A DNA stretch of 64,000 bases from positions 379,465-443,464 of the forward strand of contig JANPZW010000013.1 in NCBI GenBank assembly GCA_024707385.1. Reading direction: 5' to 3'. The notes under the pieces were generated by a model that did not search any database, was not told the DNA's origin, and saw only the letters and a list, made by a program, of their open reading frames with translations. Shown in pieces: positions 40,447 to 51,037 of the stretch. Origin of the DNA: Cellvibrionaceae bacterium (lineage in GTDB: Bacteria > Pseudomonadota > Gammaproteobacteria > Pseudomonadales > Cellvibrionaceae). Within the stretch, counting starts at the first letter, position 1. Every line of letters starts with the position of its first letter. The translations under genes were made by a program, and so were the position numbers.

Positions 40447-40565
40447 CGCTTCATGCTCAACCTGACTAAATGAAATCGAAATTCAACTCTATTTATAGCA
40501 GCGGCATACTACATCATCTCTTTTCCGAGTACGTCTTAGGCACTAACCAATTCCACGAGAGATGA

Positions 40566-40619
40566 AGCAGTCCACACAACCTATATCAAAAAATTTTGAT
40601 ATAGGTTGTGTGGACTGCT
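40566..40619. repeat. Perfect 54-bp palindrome (26-bp arms, 2-nt spacer)
   Basis: AGCAGTCCACACAACCTATATCAAAA-AA-TTTTGATATAGGTTGTGTGGACTGCT, checked base by base. Confidence 0.95.
40583..40602. promoter_or_regulatory. SahR operator
   Basis: ATATCAA-N6-TTGATAT 20-mer directly upstream of sahR-metK-ahcY-metF; matches the SahR motif as I recall it. Confidence 0.75.
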
Positions 40620-40630
40620 AAACTCCGTCA

Positions 40631-41620
40631 ATGCTCAATTTCGCTCTCGACAGCTATCTCGAACCCATGGCGCAACTGCTCAAGGCCGCAGGCGACGATC
40701 TGCGCCTGGCGATTCTGCAAGTGCTGGCGCGCGATTCCTATGGGGTGCTGGAGCTGGCGCAAGCGCTGGACGTCAAGCAGTCCGGCATGAGTCATCACCT
40801 GAAAATCCTCGCTAATGCGGGCCTGGTGGTGACCCGGCGGGAAGGCAACACCATTTTCTATAGACGCGCCACCCTCGCACCCAATGATTCCATGGCCCCG
40901 CTGAAACGGGAGCTGTTCCGGCAGATAGATGCGGTGGAGACGCTTTTTCAGGAGGGCTTGAAGCAGGTCTGGCACGAGCGGGCGCAAGCCTCCCAGCGGT
41001 TTTTTCTGGAGAACGCCGATAAGTTCAAAGCGCAGCAGGACCTGATTGCCAGTTTCGAGGTTTACCAACCGCAGATCACGGAGCTACTCGATCTCAGCCC
41101 CTTGCCGGGACGACAAGCCGCGCTGGAGGTGGGCCCGGGTGCCGGTGAATTTTTGCCTACTCTGAGCGCGCGGTTCACCCGAGTGCTGGCACTGGACAAC
41201 AGCCCGCAAATGCTGGCCCAGGCTCGCCAGCTGGTCGGCGAGCAGCAGTTGCGCAACATTCAATTGTTAGAGGGCGACACCGCGCATTTGCGCGGCTTGC
41301 CGGGCGAATTCGATTGCGCCGTGCTGAATATGGTGTTGCATCACACGCCGTCACCCGCAGTCTTGTTCAGCGATATCAGCCAGAGCCTGAAAGACAATGG
41401 GGTTCTGTTGGTGACGGAGCTCTGTCTGCACGACCAGGACTGGACCCAGGATGCCTGCGGCGATGTGTGGCTGGGTTTCGCCCCGGAAGATTTGCAGGAG
41501 TGGGCAGCGGCCGGAGGCTTACAGGAAGGGCAAAGCGTGTATTTCGCGTTGCGCAACGGTTTTCAAATCCAACTGCGGCAGTTCATCAAGTCGCACAACG
41601 TTTTATCGAGCAGGAGTTAG
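40631..41620 (+). CDS. sahR: SahR: ArsR-family regulator fused to a SAM-dependent methyltransferase-like domain
   Basis: ArsR HTH (SGMSHHLKILANAGLV..REG); ALEVGPGAG, MVLHH; heads the SAM-cycle operon. Confidence 0.85.
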   Translation: MLNFALDSYLEPMAQLLKAAGDDLRLAILQVLARDSYGVLELAQALDVKQSGMSHHLKILANAGLVVTRREGNTIFYRRATLAPNDSMAPLKRELFRQIDAVETLFQEGLKQVWHERAQASQRFFLENADKFKAQQDLIASFEVYQPQITELLDLSPLPGRQAALEVGPGAGEFLPTLSARFTRVLALDNSPQMLAQARQLVGEQQLRNIQLLEGDTAHLRGLPGEFDCAVLNMVLHHTPSPAVLFSDISQSLKDNGVLLVTELCLHDQDWTQDACGDVWLGFAPEDLQEWAAAGGLQEGQSVYFALRNGFQIQLRQFIKSHNVLSSRS

Positions 41621-41623
41621 ATC

Positions 41624-42778
41624 ATGGCACTTTATTCCGTTTTCACCTCGGAATCCGTATCCGAAGGCCATCCCGACAAAATGGCAGATCAGATTTCCGA
41701 CGCCGTTTTGGACGCAATTCTGAAAGAGGATAAACGAGCTCGTGTCGCGGTGGAGACGCTGGTGAAAACCGGTATGGCGATCATCGCCGGCGAAGTTCGC
41801 ACCTCCACCTATATCGATCTGGAAGATCTGGTGCGCCAGGTGATTCTGGATATTGGCTACAACAGCAGCGACGTCGGCTTTGACGGCGCCTCCTGCGCCG
41901 TGCTCAATGCCATCGGCAAACAATCGTCGGATATTGCCATGGGCGTCGACGAAGGTGAAAACAAAGACCTGGGCGCCGGCGACCAGGGTTTGATGTTCGG
42001 TTATGCCACCAACGAAACCGATGTGCTGATGCCTGCGCCGATTTATTACGCTCACCGGCTGGTCGAACGCCAAGCCTTTCTGCGTAAAAGCGGGCAATTG
42101 CTGTGGCTGCGCCCGGACGCCAAAAGTCAGGTCACCCTGCGTTATGAAGGCGATCGCCCGGTGGCTGTGGACGCCGTGGTGCTCTCCACCCAGCACAGCC
42201 CCAACGTCAAACAGGATGTGATCCGCGAAGCGGTGATGGAAGAAATCATCCGGCATGTCTTACCGGAGGAATGGCTGCATTCCGACACCAAATTCCATAT
42301 CAACCCGACCGGCCAATTTATTATCGGTGGGCCCGTGGGCGACTGCGGCCTGACCGGGCGCAAAATTATCGTCGACAGCTACGGCGGCATGGCGCGGCAC
42401 GGCGGCGGTGCATTTTCCGGCAAAGACCCGTCGAAGGTGGACCGCTCAGCCGCTTATGCCGGGCGCTACGTGGCGAAAAATATCGTTGCTGCCGGCATTG
42501 CGGATCGCTGCGAAATCCAGGTTTCCTATGCCATCGGTGTTGCCGAACCTACATCGATTTCCGTCAATACTTTCGGCACGGGTAAATTGAGCGATGCCAA
42601 AATCGTTGAATTGATTCGCCAGCATTTTGATCTGCGTCCGCGCGGCTTGATCGAGATGCTCGACCTGCTGCGCCCGATTTACCGCGCCACCGCGTCTTAT
42701 GGTCATTTCGGTCGCGAACTGCCCAATTTCACTTGGGAAAAAACCGACAAAGCCGACGCCCTGAGCAAAGCGCTTTGA
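41624..42778 (+). CDS. metK: S-adenosylmethionine synthetase
   Basis: [28 protein letters not shown]. Confidence 0.98.
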   Translation: MALYSVFTSESVSEGHPDKMADQISDAVLDAILKEDKRARVAVETLVKTGMAIIAGEVRTSTYIDLEDLVRQVILDIGYNSSDVGFDGASCAVLNAIGKQSSDIAMGVDEGENKDLGAGDQGLMFGYATNETDVLMPAPIYYAHRLVERQAFLRKSGQLLWLRPDAKSQVTLRYEGDRPVAVDAVVLSTQHSPNVKQDVIREAVMEEIIRHVLPEEWLHSDTKFHINPTGQFIIGGPVGDCGLTGRKIIVDSYGGMARHGGGAFSGKDPSKVDRSAAYAGRYVAKNIVAAGIADRCEIQVSYAIGVAEPTSISVNTFGTGKLSDAKIVELIRQHFDLRPRGLIEMLDLLRPIYRATASYGHFGRELPNFTWEKTDKADALSKAL

Positions 42779-42843
42779 TCCGCCGAACCCTTTTACGCTA
42801 AAGCGGCTTGGCGAAAAGCCGCTTTCACATTCAGGAATTTTTC

Positions 42844-44214
42844 ATGACATTTACCGACTACAAAGTTGCCTACATCAACCTCGCCGCCTGGGGCCGCAAG
42901 GAAATTCAAATTGCTGAAGGCGAAATGCCGGCCCTGATGGCGCTGAGGGAAAAATATCGCGAGGAACAGCCGCTTAAGGATGCGCGCATCATGGGCTGCA
43001 TCCACATGACCATTCAAACAGCGGTGCTGATCGAAACGCTGGTCGCCCTGGGTGCGGAAGTGCGCTGGTCATCCTGCAATATTTTTTCCACCCAGGATCA
43101 CGCCGCTGCGGCGATTGCCGCCGCCGGCATTCCGGTATTCGCCTGGAAAGGAGAAACCGAAGAAGAGTTCTGGTGGTGTATCGAGCAGACCATTCTCAAA
43201 AACGGCAAACCTTGGAATGCCAATATGATCCTGGACGACGGCGGCGATTTGACACAGTTGGTGCACGATAAATATCACGCGATGCTCGACCATATTCACG
43301 GCATTTCGGAAGAAACCACCACAGGTGTCCATCGTTTATTAAAAATGATGCAGGAAGGCACCTTGCGTGTACCTGCCATCAACGTCAATGACGCCGTCAC
43401 CAAATCGAAAAACGACAATAAATACGGCTGCCGCCACAGTCTGAACGACGCCATCAAACGCGGCACCGATCACCTGCTGTCGGGTAAAAAGGCGCTTGTC
43501 ATAGGCTATGGCGATGTCGGCAAAGGCTCGGCCGCGTCGCTGCGCCAGGAAGGCATGATCGTGAAAATTACCGAGATCGACCCCATCTGCGCCATGCAAG
43601 CGTGTATGGACGGTTATGAAGTTGTGTCGGCGTATAAAAATGGCATCAACACCGGTCGAATTGAGGACATTGAAAAAGATCTGCTGGCGAAAACCGATCT
43701 GGTCGTCACCACGACGGGCAATATCAACGTCTGCGATGCCGCCATGTTGCAATCTTTAAAGAGCGGCGCAGTGGTGTGCAACATCGGTCACTTTGATAAT
43801 GAAATCGACACCGCGTTTATGCGCAAAACCTGGGAATGGGAAGAAGTCAAACCGCAGGTCCACAAGGTGTATCGCAACAAAGCCACCAACGATCATTTGA
43901 TTCTTTTGTCGGAAGGTCGCCTCGTCAACCTGGGCAATGCCACAGGACATCCTTCGCGCATTATGGATGGCTCTTTTGCCAACCAGGTTCTCGCGCAAAT
44001 GTATCTGTACGAGCGCAAATTCGCCGACCTGCCGGACGCGGAAAAGGCGGAGAAGGTTTACGTCAAATTGCTGCCGAAAAAGCTCGACGAAGAAGTGGCC
44101 AAGGCAATGGTCGAAGGATTTGGCGGTGTGCTGACGCGTCTGCGCCCCGAGCAAGCCCAGTACATTCACGTGCATGTGGACGGCCCTTATAAGCCGGACA
44201 GCTATAAATATTAA
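42844..44214 (+). CDS. ahcY: Adenosylhomocysteinase
   Basis: [49 protein letters not shown]. Confidence 0.97.
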   Translation: MTFTDYKVAYINLAAWGRKEIQIAEGEMPALMALREKYREEQPLKDARIMGCIHMTIQTAVLIETLVALGAEVRWSSCNIFSTQDHAAAAIAAAGIPVFAWKGETEEEFWWCIEQTILKNGKPWNANMILDDGGDLTQLVHDKYHAMLDHIHGISEETTTGVHRLLKMMQEGTLRVPAINVNDAVTKSKNDNKYGCRHSLNDAIKRGTDHLLSGKKALVIGYGDVGKGSAASLRQEGMIVKITEIDPICAMQACMDGYEVVSAYKNGINTGRIEDIEKDLLAKTDLVVTTTGNINVCDAAMLQSLKSGAVVCNIGHFDNEIDTAFMRKTWEWEEVKPQVHKVYRNKATNDHLILLSEGRLVNLGNATGHPSRIMDGSFANQVLAQMYLYERKFADLPDAEKAEKVYVKLLPKKLDEEVAKAMVEGFGGVLTRLRPEQAQYIHVHVDGPYKPDSYKY

Positions 44215-44228
44215 TTAGGCAATCCTCT

Positions 44229-45071
44229 ATGAACGATGAATTTCGTCTGAGCTTCGAATTTTTTCCGCCGAAAACCGACCAGGGACAGCACAACCTGCTA
44301 GACGTGGCAAAGGAATTGAGCCATTTCCAGCCGGAATTTTATTCCGTCACTTACGGCGCCGGCGGCTCTACCCGCGACAACACCAAAAACATCGTGCAGA
44401 CATTGCTGGACCTGAAGCTGCCAGTCGCGCCGCACCTGTCATTTGGCGGCGATGACGAGGCAACCATCCTGAGCCTGTTAAATGAATACAAGTCCATGGG
44501 TGTTAAACGCATTGTCGCTCTGCGTGGCGACCGCCCCTCCGGCATGGGTGGCGGCTCGCAAATGGTATACGCCAATCAATTGGTGGCTTTTATTCGTCAG
44601 CACTTCGGCGAGAAGTTTCACTTGGAAGTCGCGGCCTACCCCGAAATTCATCCGGAAGCCAACAACTATGACGACGATATTCGCTATCTGAAAGGCAAGT
44701 TCGACGCGGGAGCAAATTCCGGCATCACGCAATATTTTTTCAATCCGGACGCCTATTTTTATTTTATTGAGCAGTGCGCGCAGGCCGGCATTGATCGGCC
44801 GATCGTGCCCGGCATTATGCCGATCACCAATTACAAAAGCCTGTCGCGCTTCAGCGACAATTGCGGCGCGGAGATTCCCCGCTGGGTGCGCCAACGGCTG
44901 GCGGCCTACGGTGAGGACCAGGAGAGCATCAAAGCCTTCGGCCTCGATCTGGTGAGTGAACTGTGCGAAACCCTGCTCGACAATGGCGCGCCAGGCCTGC
45001 ATTTCTACACCATGAATCAGACAGAGCCCACCGCGGCCCTGCTGCGCAATCTCGGCCTGGATCCGCAGTGA
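44229..45071 (+). CDS. metF: 5,10-methylenetetrahydrofolate reductase
   Basis: SFEFFPPKT, SVTYGAGGS, ALRGD, ITQYFF, LHFYTMN. Confidence 0.97.
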   Translation: MNDEFRLSFEFFPPKTDQGQHNLLDVAKELSHFQPEFYSVTYGAGGSTRDNTKNIVQTLLDLKLPVAPHLSFGGDDEATILSLLNEYKSMGVKRIVALRGDRPSGMGGGSQMVYANQLVAFIRQHFGEKFHLEVAAYPEIHPEANNYDDDIRYLKGKFDAGANSGITQYFFNPDAYFYFIEQCAQAGIDRPIVPGIMPITNYKSLSRFSDNCGAEIPRWVRQRLAAYGEDQESIKAFGLDLVSELCETLLDNGAPGLHFYTMNQTEPTAALLRNLGLDPQ

Positions 45072-45072
45072 T

Positions 45073-45804
45073 ATGCGCGTCCCCCGACTCTATGTGGAAG
45101 CCCAACTACACGCAGGTTCCGGCCTGACACTGGACGAGTCTCAGAGCCACTACCTGGGCAAGGTCCTGCGCATGGAACCGGGGCGGGAGTTGCAGGTGTT
45201 CAACGGCGACGGGCGGGAGTACCGCGCGGTCATCAGTAAAATCGACAAACGCGCGGTGCAGGTCGACGTGCAAGAAGGCGTGGAGATCAGTCGCGAATCC
45301 CCTTTGCCCACCCATCTGGCCATTGGGATTTCCCGCGGCGAACGCATGGATTGGGTGCTGCAAAAAGCGACGGAACTGGGCGTCAGCCGGATTACACCGC
45401 TATTTACCGAACGCACCGAAGTGCGCCTGCAGGGGGAGCGGCTGGAGAAGAAAATGCAGCACTGGCGCCAGATCACCCTGAGTGCCTGCGAACAGTGCCA
45501 ACGCAATGTGCCACCGCAGCTTTTATCGGCGCAGGAGCTTGGGCTGTTTTTGCGCGAGAATCAGCCGGGGCTGAAGCTGGTCCTGCATCACCGCAGCGAT
45601 CAGTCCCTGCGCCAACTGGCGGCGCCAACGTCTGTGACCCTGCTGGTCGGCCCGGAGGGCGGCCTGAGCGAGCGAGAAATCGAGCTCGCCATCGGCCAAT
45701 CCGCCTATGCCCCGCTGACCCTCGGCCCCCGCGTCCTACGTACGGAGACAGCGCCCGTTGCGGCGCTGGTGGCGGTGCAAATGCTGTGGGGCGATCTGGG
45801 CTGA
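45073..45804 (+). CDS. rsmE: 16S rRNA m3U1498 methyltransferase
   Basis: HYLGKVLRM, QKATELGV, ACEQC, VGPEGG, LGPRVLRTETA. Confidence 0.96.
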   Translation: MRVPRLYVEAQLHAGSGLTLDESQSHYLGKVLRMEPGRELQVFNGDGREYRAVISKIDKRAVQVDVQEGVEISRESPLPTHLAIGISRGERMDWVLQKATELGVSRITPLFTERTEVRLQGERLEKKMQHWRQITLSACEQCQRNVPPQLLSAQELGLFLRENQPGLKLVLHHRSDQSLRQLAAPTSVTLLVGPEGGLSEREIELAIGQSAYAPLTLGPRVLRTETAPVAALVAVQMLWGDLG

Positions 45805-45883
45805 GACACCGCAGCCTCGCATCTTCCGAAAACACGACAAGCGCGTATACTGGCGCGATTGTTCCACCCGCCAGGATCTTTAA

Positions 45884-47224
45884 GTGAGCGAAGACGTCAC
45901 CCCATCCGCCGACACCTATGTCAACTGGTTCCGGCACGCCTGCCCTTACATCAATGCACACCGCGGCAAAACCTTTGTCATCATGCTGCCGGGCGACTGC
46001 ATAGAGCAGAGCAATTTCTTCAATATCATTTCGGATATTGCCCTGCTCAGCAGCCTAGGCGTGCGCTTGGTGGTCGTGCACGGCGCGCGCAACCAGATCG
46101 ATGAAATGCTCGGCGAAGACGTGGTCTCGCAATTTCACAAAGGTCTGCGCATAACGTCGCGGCAGGATATGGACGCCGTTCTACAAGCCGTGGGCAGCAC
46201 ACGCTTCAAGCTGGAGGCGCATTTTTCCAACGGCCTGCCCAGCTCACCGATGTACGGGGCGAAAATCCGCATGCGCAGCGGCAATTTCGTCACCGCAATG
46301 CCGCAGGGCATTATTGATGGCATTGATTTCCAATACACCGGCAAGGTGCGCAATGTGGATCGCCAGGGAATAGTGAGCTTGCTCGACTCCGGTGCTCTGG
46401 CCTTGGTATCACCTCTGGGATATTCCGCCACCGGCGAAATCTTCAACCTGAATTTTGCCGATGTGGCGATTCAGATCGCCCTTGCCATCAATGCCGATAA
46501 ATTAATTGCGTTCAACGACGACGGTCCGATTCGCGATGCAACAGGCAATATCTACCGTGAATTGACGCTGCTCAAATGCGAGAAATTTCTCGTCGAGCAG
46601 CCCGAAGCCAATCGCAGCAACACCTATTTTTCCCTGCGCGCCTGTTATAAGGCCTGCGACGGCGGCGTGCCGCGCGCGCACGTGATTTCGTCGCGCGAGG
46701 ACGGCGCATTGTTGAAGGAACTGTTCACGCGTGATGGCGCCGGCACCATGGTGTACCGCGACAGTTACGAAACCATTCGCCGCGCGCGCATCGACGATGT
46801 GCAGGGCCTGCTGAAACTCATCGAGCCGCTCGAATCGGATGGCATTCTTGTCAAACGCTCACGGGAATTATTGGAGCGCGAGATCCACAGTTTCACAGTG
46901 ATGGAAAAAGACGGGCTGATCATCGGCTGCGCCGCACTCTATCCGTTTTCCGAACCCGGCTCTGGCGAGCTCGCCTGTGTCGCCGTGCACAAGGATTACC
47001 GCCGCGACGGCCGCGCCGCCAAACTGCTGACCCATGTGGAACGCCAGGCGCTCAAACTCGGCATCAACCGACTCTATGTGCTCACCACACAAACGGCTCA
47101 TTGGTTTATCGAGCAGGGGTTTGTCGAAACCCTGGTGGACCTGCTACCAGTGGAGCGCAAAGCTCTGTACAACTATCAACGCAAATCCAAAGTTTTCGTT
47201 AAACACCTGCACGAAATCCGCTGA
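45884..47224 (+). CDS. argA: Amino-acid N-acetyltransferase
   Basis: WFRHACPYINAHRGKTFV, ELFTRDG.GT, C-terminal GNAT domain, YNYQRKSK. Confidence 0.96.
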   Translation: MSEDVTPSADTYVNWFRHACPYINAHRGKTFVIMLPGDCIEQSNFFNIISDIALLSSLGVRLVVVHGARNQIDEMLGEDVVSQFHKGLRITSRQDMDAVLQAVGSTRFKLEAHFSNGLPSSPMYGAKIRMRSGNFVTAMPQGIIDGIDFQYTGKVRNVDRQGIVSLLDSGALALVSPLGYSATGEIFNLNFADVAIQIALAINADKLIAFNDDGPIRDATGNIYRELTLLKCEKFLVEQPEANRSNTYFSLRACYKACDGGVPRAHVISSREDGALLKELFTRDGAGTMVYRDSYETIRRARIDDVQGLLKLIEPLESDGILVKRSRELLEREIHSFTVMEKDGLIIGCAALYPFSEPGSGELACVAVHKDYRRDGRAAKLLTHVERQALKLGINRLYVLTTQTAHWFIEQGFVETLVDLLPVERKALYNYQRKSKVFVKHLHEIR

Positions 47225-47311
47225 CCTGCCTCCAGAGAGTTCATTCGCCGTCCCGCATCACAGGGTCTAGACTTGTCTATGCCCTGTAACCGGGCTGATA
47301 ACAGGTGATTG

Positions 47312-48988
47312 ATGCAAACCTCTGAAAACGATTTACGCCAAATCGACATCGTCAAAATGTACACCTCCAAGAAATGCTTGGTGATTGATGATTTTCCGGA
47401 AATTCGCGGCTCGCTGATGCGTTCCCTGCGCAATTTCGGCGCCGAATCCGTGGATACTGCAGCGGACGGCGACGACGCGGTAAAACTTTGTAGTCAGAAT
47501 CGTTACGACATCGTCATCTGCGACTACAACCTCGGCATGGGCAAAGACGGCCAGCAGGTACTTGAGGAAGTCCGCTATCTGCGCGTGCTGCTGATGACCA
47601 GCCTGTTTGTGATGCTCACCGGCGAGTCGTCGCGGGAAATGGTGCTGGGCGCCCTCGAGTGCCAGCCCGATGATTACATCACCAAACCTTATACCGAAGC
47701 CTCTCTGCGCACCCGGCTCAACCGCGCCATTGTCCGTCACGAAGCTCTGCTGCATATCAAGAAGGCGATTTCCGACGGCAATTATCAGCGCGCCGTGGAT
47801 GCTTGCAACGAGATGATCCGCAGTCAGAGCCGCTATGCCAACGACTGTCTCAAGATGAAGGCCCAGCTGCTGTTCCTGCTGCGCCAGCTGGCGGAGGCCA
47901 AACAACTTTACGAAAGCGTGCTGGATAAAAAGCCAGTGGTATGGGCAAAACTGGGCCTGGGTAAAACCCTCTTGGCGATGGGCAAACTCGACTCGGCGGA
48001 GGATATCCTCGAAGACGTGATCCGCGAGGACAACCGCTATATCGAAGCGCACGATCTGCTGGCCGACGTGTTTATGGCAAAAAACGATATTTTGAGCGCC
48101 CAGAAGGCTATTGAGAGAGCCTCGCAGGTCTCGCCCAAGTCTGTGCACCGCCACCGCAGACTCGCCGAGCTCGCCGACATCAACGGCGACGACGAACTCG
48201 CAGCGAAGTGCCATCAAAACGCCATCAAGTGGGGTATCAACTCCTGTTACGAGTCGGCTCAGGATTACTTCAATTACGCGCGCAAAGTCTCCGATGTGGT
48301 GCGAGGAGGCAAAGATCCCAGCGAAGGCAGTATCTTGGTGAAACACGCCGTCAGCTATCTGGAAAGAGCGCGCAAGCGCTACGACAATGCACCAGAGGTT
48401 GAGGCCCAATCCCACATGGTGGAAGCGCAGCTTTTTCACAGCCAGGGCAAAATGAGTAAAGCCCAGGAATCTACCGCCAAGGCCAAAAAACTCTACAACA
48501 ACCTGAGAAGCCCCTCGGCCGATGCCAGTCTGGAGCTCGCCCGCACACTGCACACCATGAATGAAGAGGAGCAGGCCCGCGCGATCCTCACGTCCCTCGC
48601 CGCCAGCCATCCCAAAGACGAGAAACTGCTCCGCATCATTGACGGCATTACCGGCGAGCCGATTTCGGACGACGGCAAACAGGTGGCGACCAGACTCACC
48701 AGAGCCGGTATCTCGTCATATGAAGCGCGGGATTTCGATAATGCCATCGATGTTTTCAATCAGGCGATCAACGCCTACCCCCGGCATGTGGGCCTGAATC
48801 TCAACCTGATACAGGCAGTTCTGGCCGCCACAGAAGTGGTCGGATCAAATCCTAAATACGAGAAGCTTTGCCGCCGCAGCCTGCGCGCCATCGGCCAGAT
48901 CAACAGCGACCACAAACAGTTCAAACGCTACGCTTTCCTGCAAAAGCAGCTCAGCAAACACTATCCGAAGCTCCTTGCCGCGATCTGA
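47312..48988 (+). CDS. Response regulator receiver plus TPR repeats
   Basis: LVIDD, ICDYNLG, YITKPY, followed by helical TPR-like repeats. Confidence 0.85.
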   Translation: MQTSENDLRQIDIVKMYTSKKCLVIDDFPEIRGSLMRSLRNFGAESVDTAADGDDAVKLCSQNRYDIVICDYNLGMGKDGQQVLEEVRYLRVLLMTSLFVMLTGESSREMVLGALECQPDDYITKPYTEASLRTRLNRAIVRHEALLHIKKAISDGNYQRAVDACNEMIRSQSRYANDCLKMKAQLLFLLRQLAEAKQLYESVLDKKPVVWAKLGLGKTLLAMGKLDSAEDILEDVIREDNRYIEAHDLLADVFMAKNDILSAQKAIERASQVSPKSVHRHRRLAELADINGDDELAAKCHQNAIKWGINSCYESAQDYFNYARKVSDVVRGGKDPSEGSILVKHAVSYLERARKRYDNAPEVEAQSHMVEAQLFHSQGKMSKAQESTAKAKKLYNNLRSPSADASLELARTLHTMNEEEQARAILTSLAASHPKDEKLLRIIDGITGEPISDDGKQVATRLTRAGISSYEARDFDNAIDVFNQAINAYPRHVGLNLNLIQAVLAATEVVGSNPKYEKLCRRSLRAIGQINSDHKQFKRYAFLQKQLSKHYPKLLAAI

Positions 48989-49096
48989 CCCTATTGCCCC
49001 AGACCCGCACTCTTTGGGCTCCACGAGGTCTTTTTGGTATCCTTGCGCCCTTTCTTCCCTGCGCATAGGGAACATACCGTCACTCGAGGTCTTTTC

Positions 49097-50947
49097 ATGC
49101 CGCAATACCGCTCCCGCACCACCACTTCCGGCCGTAACATGGCCGGCGCCCGCGCCCTGTGGCGCGCCACAGGCATGAAGGATGAGGACTTCCAGAAACC
49201 GATCATCGCTGTGGTGAACTCCTTTACCCAATTCGTCCCAGGCCACGTCCATCTGAAGGATCTCGGCCAATTGGTTGCACGTGAAATCGAAAAAGCCGGC
49301 GGCGTCGCCAAAGAGTTCAACACCATCGCCGTGGATGACGGCATCGCCATGGGTCATGACGGCATGCTCTACAGCCTGCCCAGCCGCGACATCATCGCCG
49401 ACTCGGTCGAGTACATGGTGAACGCCCATTGTGCCGACGCCATGGTGTGCATCTCCAACTGCGACAAAATCACCCCTGGAATGCTGATGGCGGCAATGCG
49501 CCTCAATATCCCGGTTGTCTTCGTTTCCGGAGGCCCCATGGAAGCCGGCAAAACCAAGCTCGCCAACCACGGCCTGGACTTGGTGGACGCCATGGTGATC
49601 GCGGCCGACAGCTCTGTATCCGATGAGACGGTTGCGGAATACGAACGCAGTGCCTGCCCCACCTGCGGCTCCTGCTCCGGCATGTTCACCGCCAATTCCA
49701 TGAACTGTCTGACCGAAGCCCTGGGTCTAAGCCTGCCGGGCAACGGTACCGTGCTCGCCACGCATGCGGATCGCCAGCAACTGTTCGAACGCGCCGGTTC
49801 CCTGATCGTGGAGATCACCCGCCGCTACTACGAAGAAAACGATGACAGCGTGCTGCCGCGCAATATCGGCAACGAAGCCGCCTTCGCCAATGCGATGGCC
49901 CTGGACATCGCCATGGGCGGCAGCACCAACACCATTCTCCACCTGCTCGCCATCGCCCGGGAGGCCGGCACTGATTTCGATCTCAGCACCATCGACCGCC
50001 TCAGCCGGGTGGTACCGCAGCTCTGCAAAGTCGCCCCCAACACGCAGAAATATCACATCGAAGACGTCCATCGCGCCGGCGGCATTATGGGCATTTTGGG
50101 CGAATTGAGCCGTGCAGGGTTGATCAACGACCAATGCAGCACCGTCCATACCCGCACCATGAAAGAGGCGATTGAGGCCTGGGATATCACGCTCAATCCT
50201 TCACCCGAGGTGGTCAAGTTTTACCGCGCCGGCCCCGCCGGTATTCCCACTCAACAGGCCTTCAGCCAAGCCACTCGATGGCCGATGCTGGATGCCGACC
50301 GGGCCCAGGGATGTATTCGCTCGCTTGAGCACGCCTACTCCCGCGAAGGTGGTTTGGCGGTGCTCTTCGGCAATATCGCGGAGAAAGGCTGCGTGGTGAA
50401 AACCGCCGGCGTCGACGAAGGCAATCTGTTTTTCGAGGGCACCGCGCATGTGACCGAGTCCCAAGATCAGGCAGTGCAACACATCCTGGATGGCCTAGTG
50501 AAGGAAGGCGATGTGGTGATCGTCCGCTATGAAGGCCCCAAAGGTGGGCCGGGGATGCAAGAGATGCTCTACCCCACCTCTTACCTGAAATCGAAAGGCC
50601 TGGGCAAAGCTTGCGCGCTGCTAACCGACGGGCGCTTCTCCGGCGGCACTTCTGGACTGTCCATCGGCCACGTTAGCCCCGAAGCGGCCTCCGGCGGCGC
50701 CATAGGCCTGGTGCGCGACGGCGACCGGATAAGGATCGACATCCCGAATCGCAGCATCAATGTCCTGGTGAGCGAAGAAGAGCTGGCCAAACGGCGGCAG
50801 GAGCAGGACGCGCTGGGCTGGAAGCCGCAGAATCCGCGCCCGCGACAAGTCAGTGCTGCATTAAAGGCCTATGCGCTCCTGGCTACCAGCGCCGACATGG
50901 GTGCGGTCAGAGATCTGGAGAAGCTGGAAAGACTAAGCCACGAATAA
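49097..50947 (+). CDS. ilvD: Dihydroxy-acid dehydratase
   Basis: [51 protein letters not shown]. Confidence 0.98.
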   Translation: MPQYRSRTTTSGRNMAGARALWRATGMKDEDFQKPIIAVVNSFTQFVPGHVHLKDLGQLVAREIEKAGGVAKEFNTIAVDDGIAMGHDGMLYSLPSRDIIADSVEYMVNAHCADAMVCISNCDKITPGMLMAAMRLNIPVVFVSGGPMEAGKTKLANHGLDLVDAMVIAADSSVSDETVAEYERSACPTCGSCSGMFTANSMNCLTEALGLSLPGNGTVLATHADRQQLFERAGSLIVEITRRYYEENDDSVLPRNIGNEAAFANAMALDIAMGGSTNTILHLLAIAREAGTDFDLSTIDRLSRVVPQLCKVAPNTQKYHIEDVHRAGGIMGILGELSRAGLINDQCSTVHTRTMKEAIEAWDITLNPSPEVVKFYRAGPAGIPTQQAFSQATRWPMLDADRAQGCIRSLEHAYSREGGLAVLFGNIAEKGCVVKTAGVDEGNLFFEGTAHVTESQDQAVQHILDGLVKEGDVVIVRYEGPKGGPGMQEMLYPTSYLKSKGLGKACALLTDGRFSGGTSGLSIGHVSPEAASGGAIGLVRDGDRIRIDIPNRSINVLVSEEELAKRRQEQDALGWKPQNPRPRQVSAALKAYALLATSADMGAVRDLEKLERLSHE

Positions 50948-50991
50948 CGGAACCACGGATCAAGGAAGATCCTGCTCAATCTGTCAGACAC

Positions 50992-51017
50992 AAAAAAGCC
51001 CTCAAAAGAGGGCTTTT
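50992..51017. terminator. Bidirectional intrinsic terminator between ilvD and the TonB operon
   Basis: AAAAGCCCTC-AAAA-GAGGGCTTTT. Confidence 0.85.
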
Positions 51018-51037
51018 ATTTAGCGCTGTCGTAATGA

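Noticed and set aside
28300-40630. Integrase-type attL/attR direct repeats at the island ends
   Set aside because: No matching repeat, tRNA or integrase found by eye; a computed repeat search would be needed to exclude short sites
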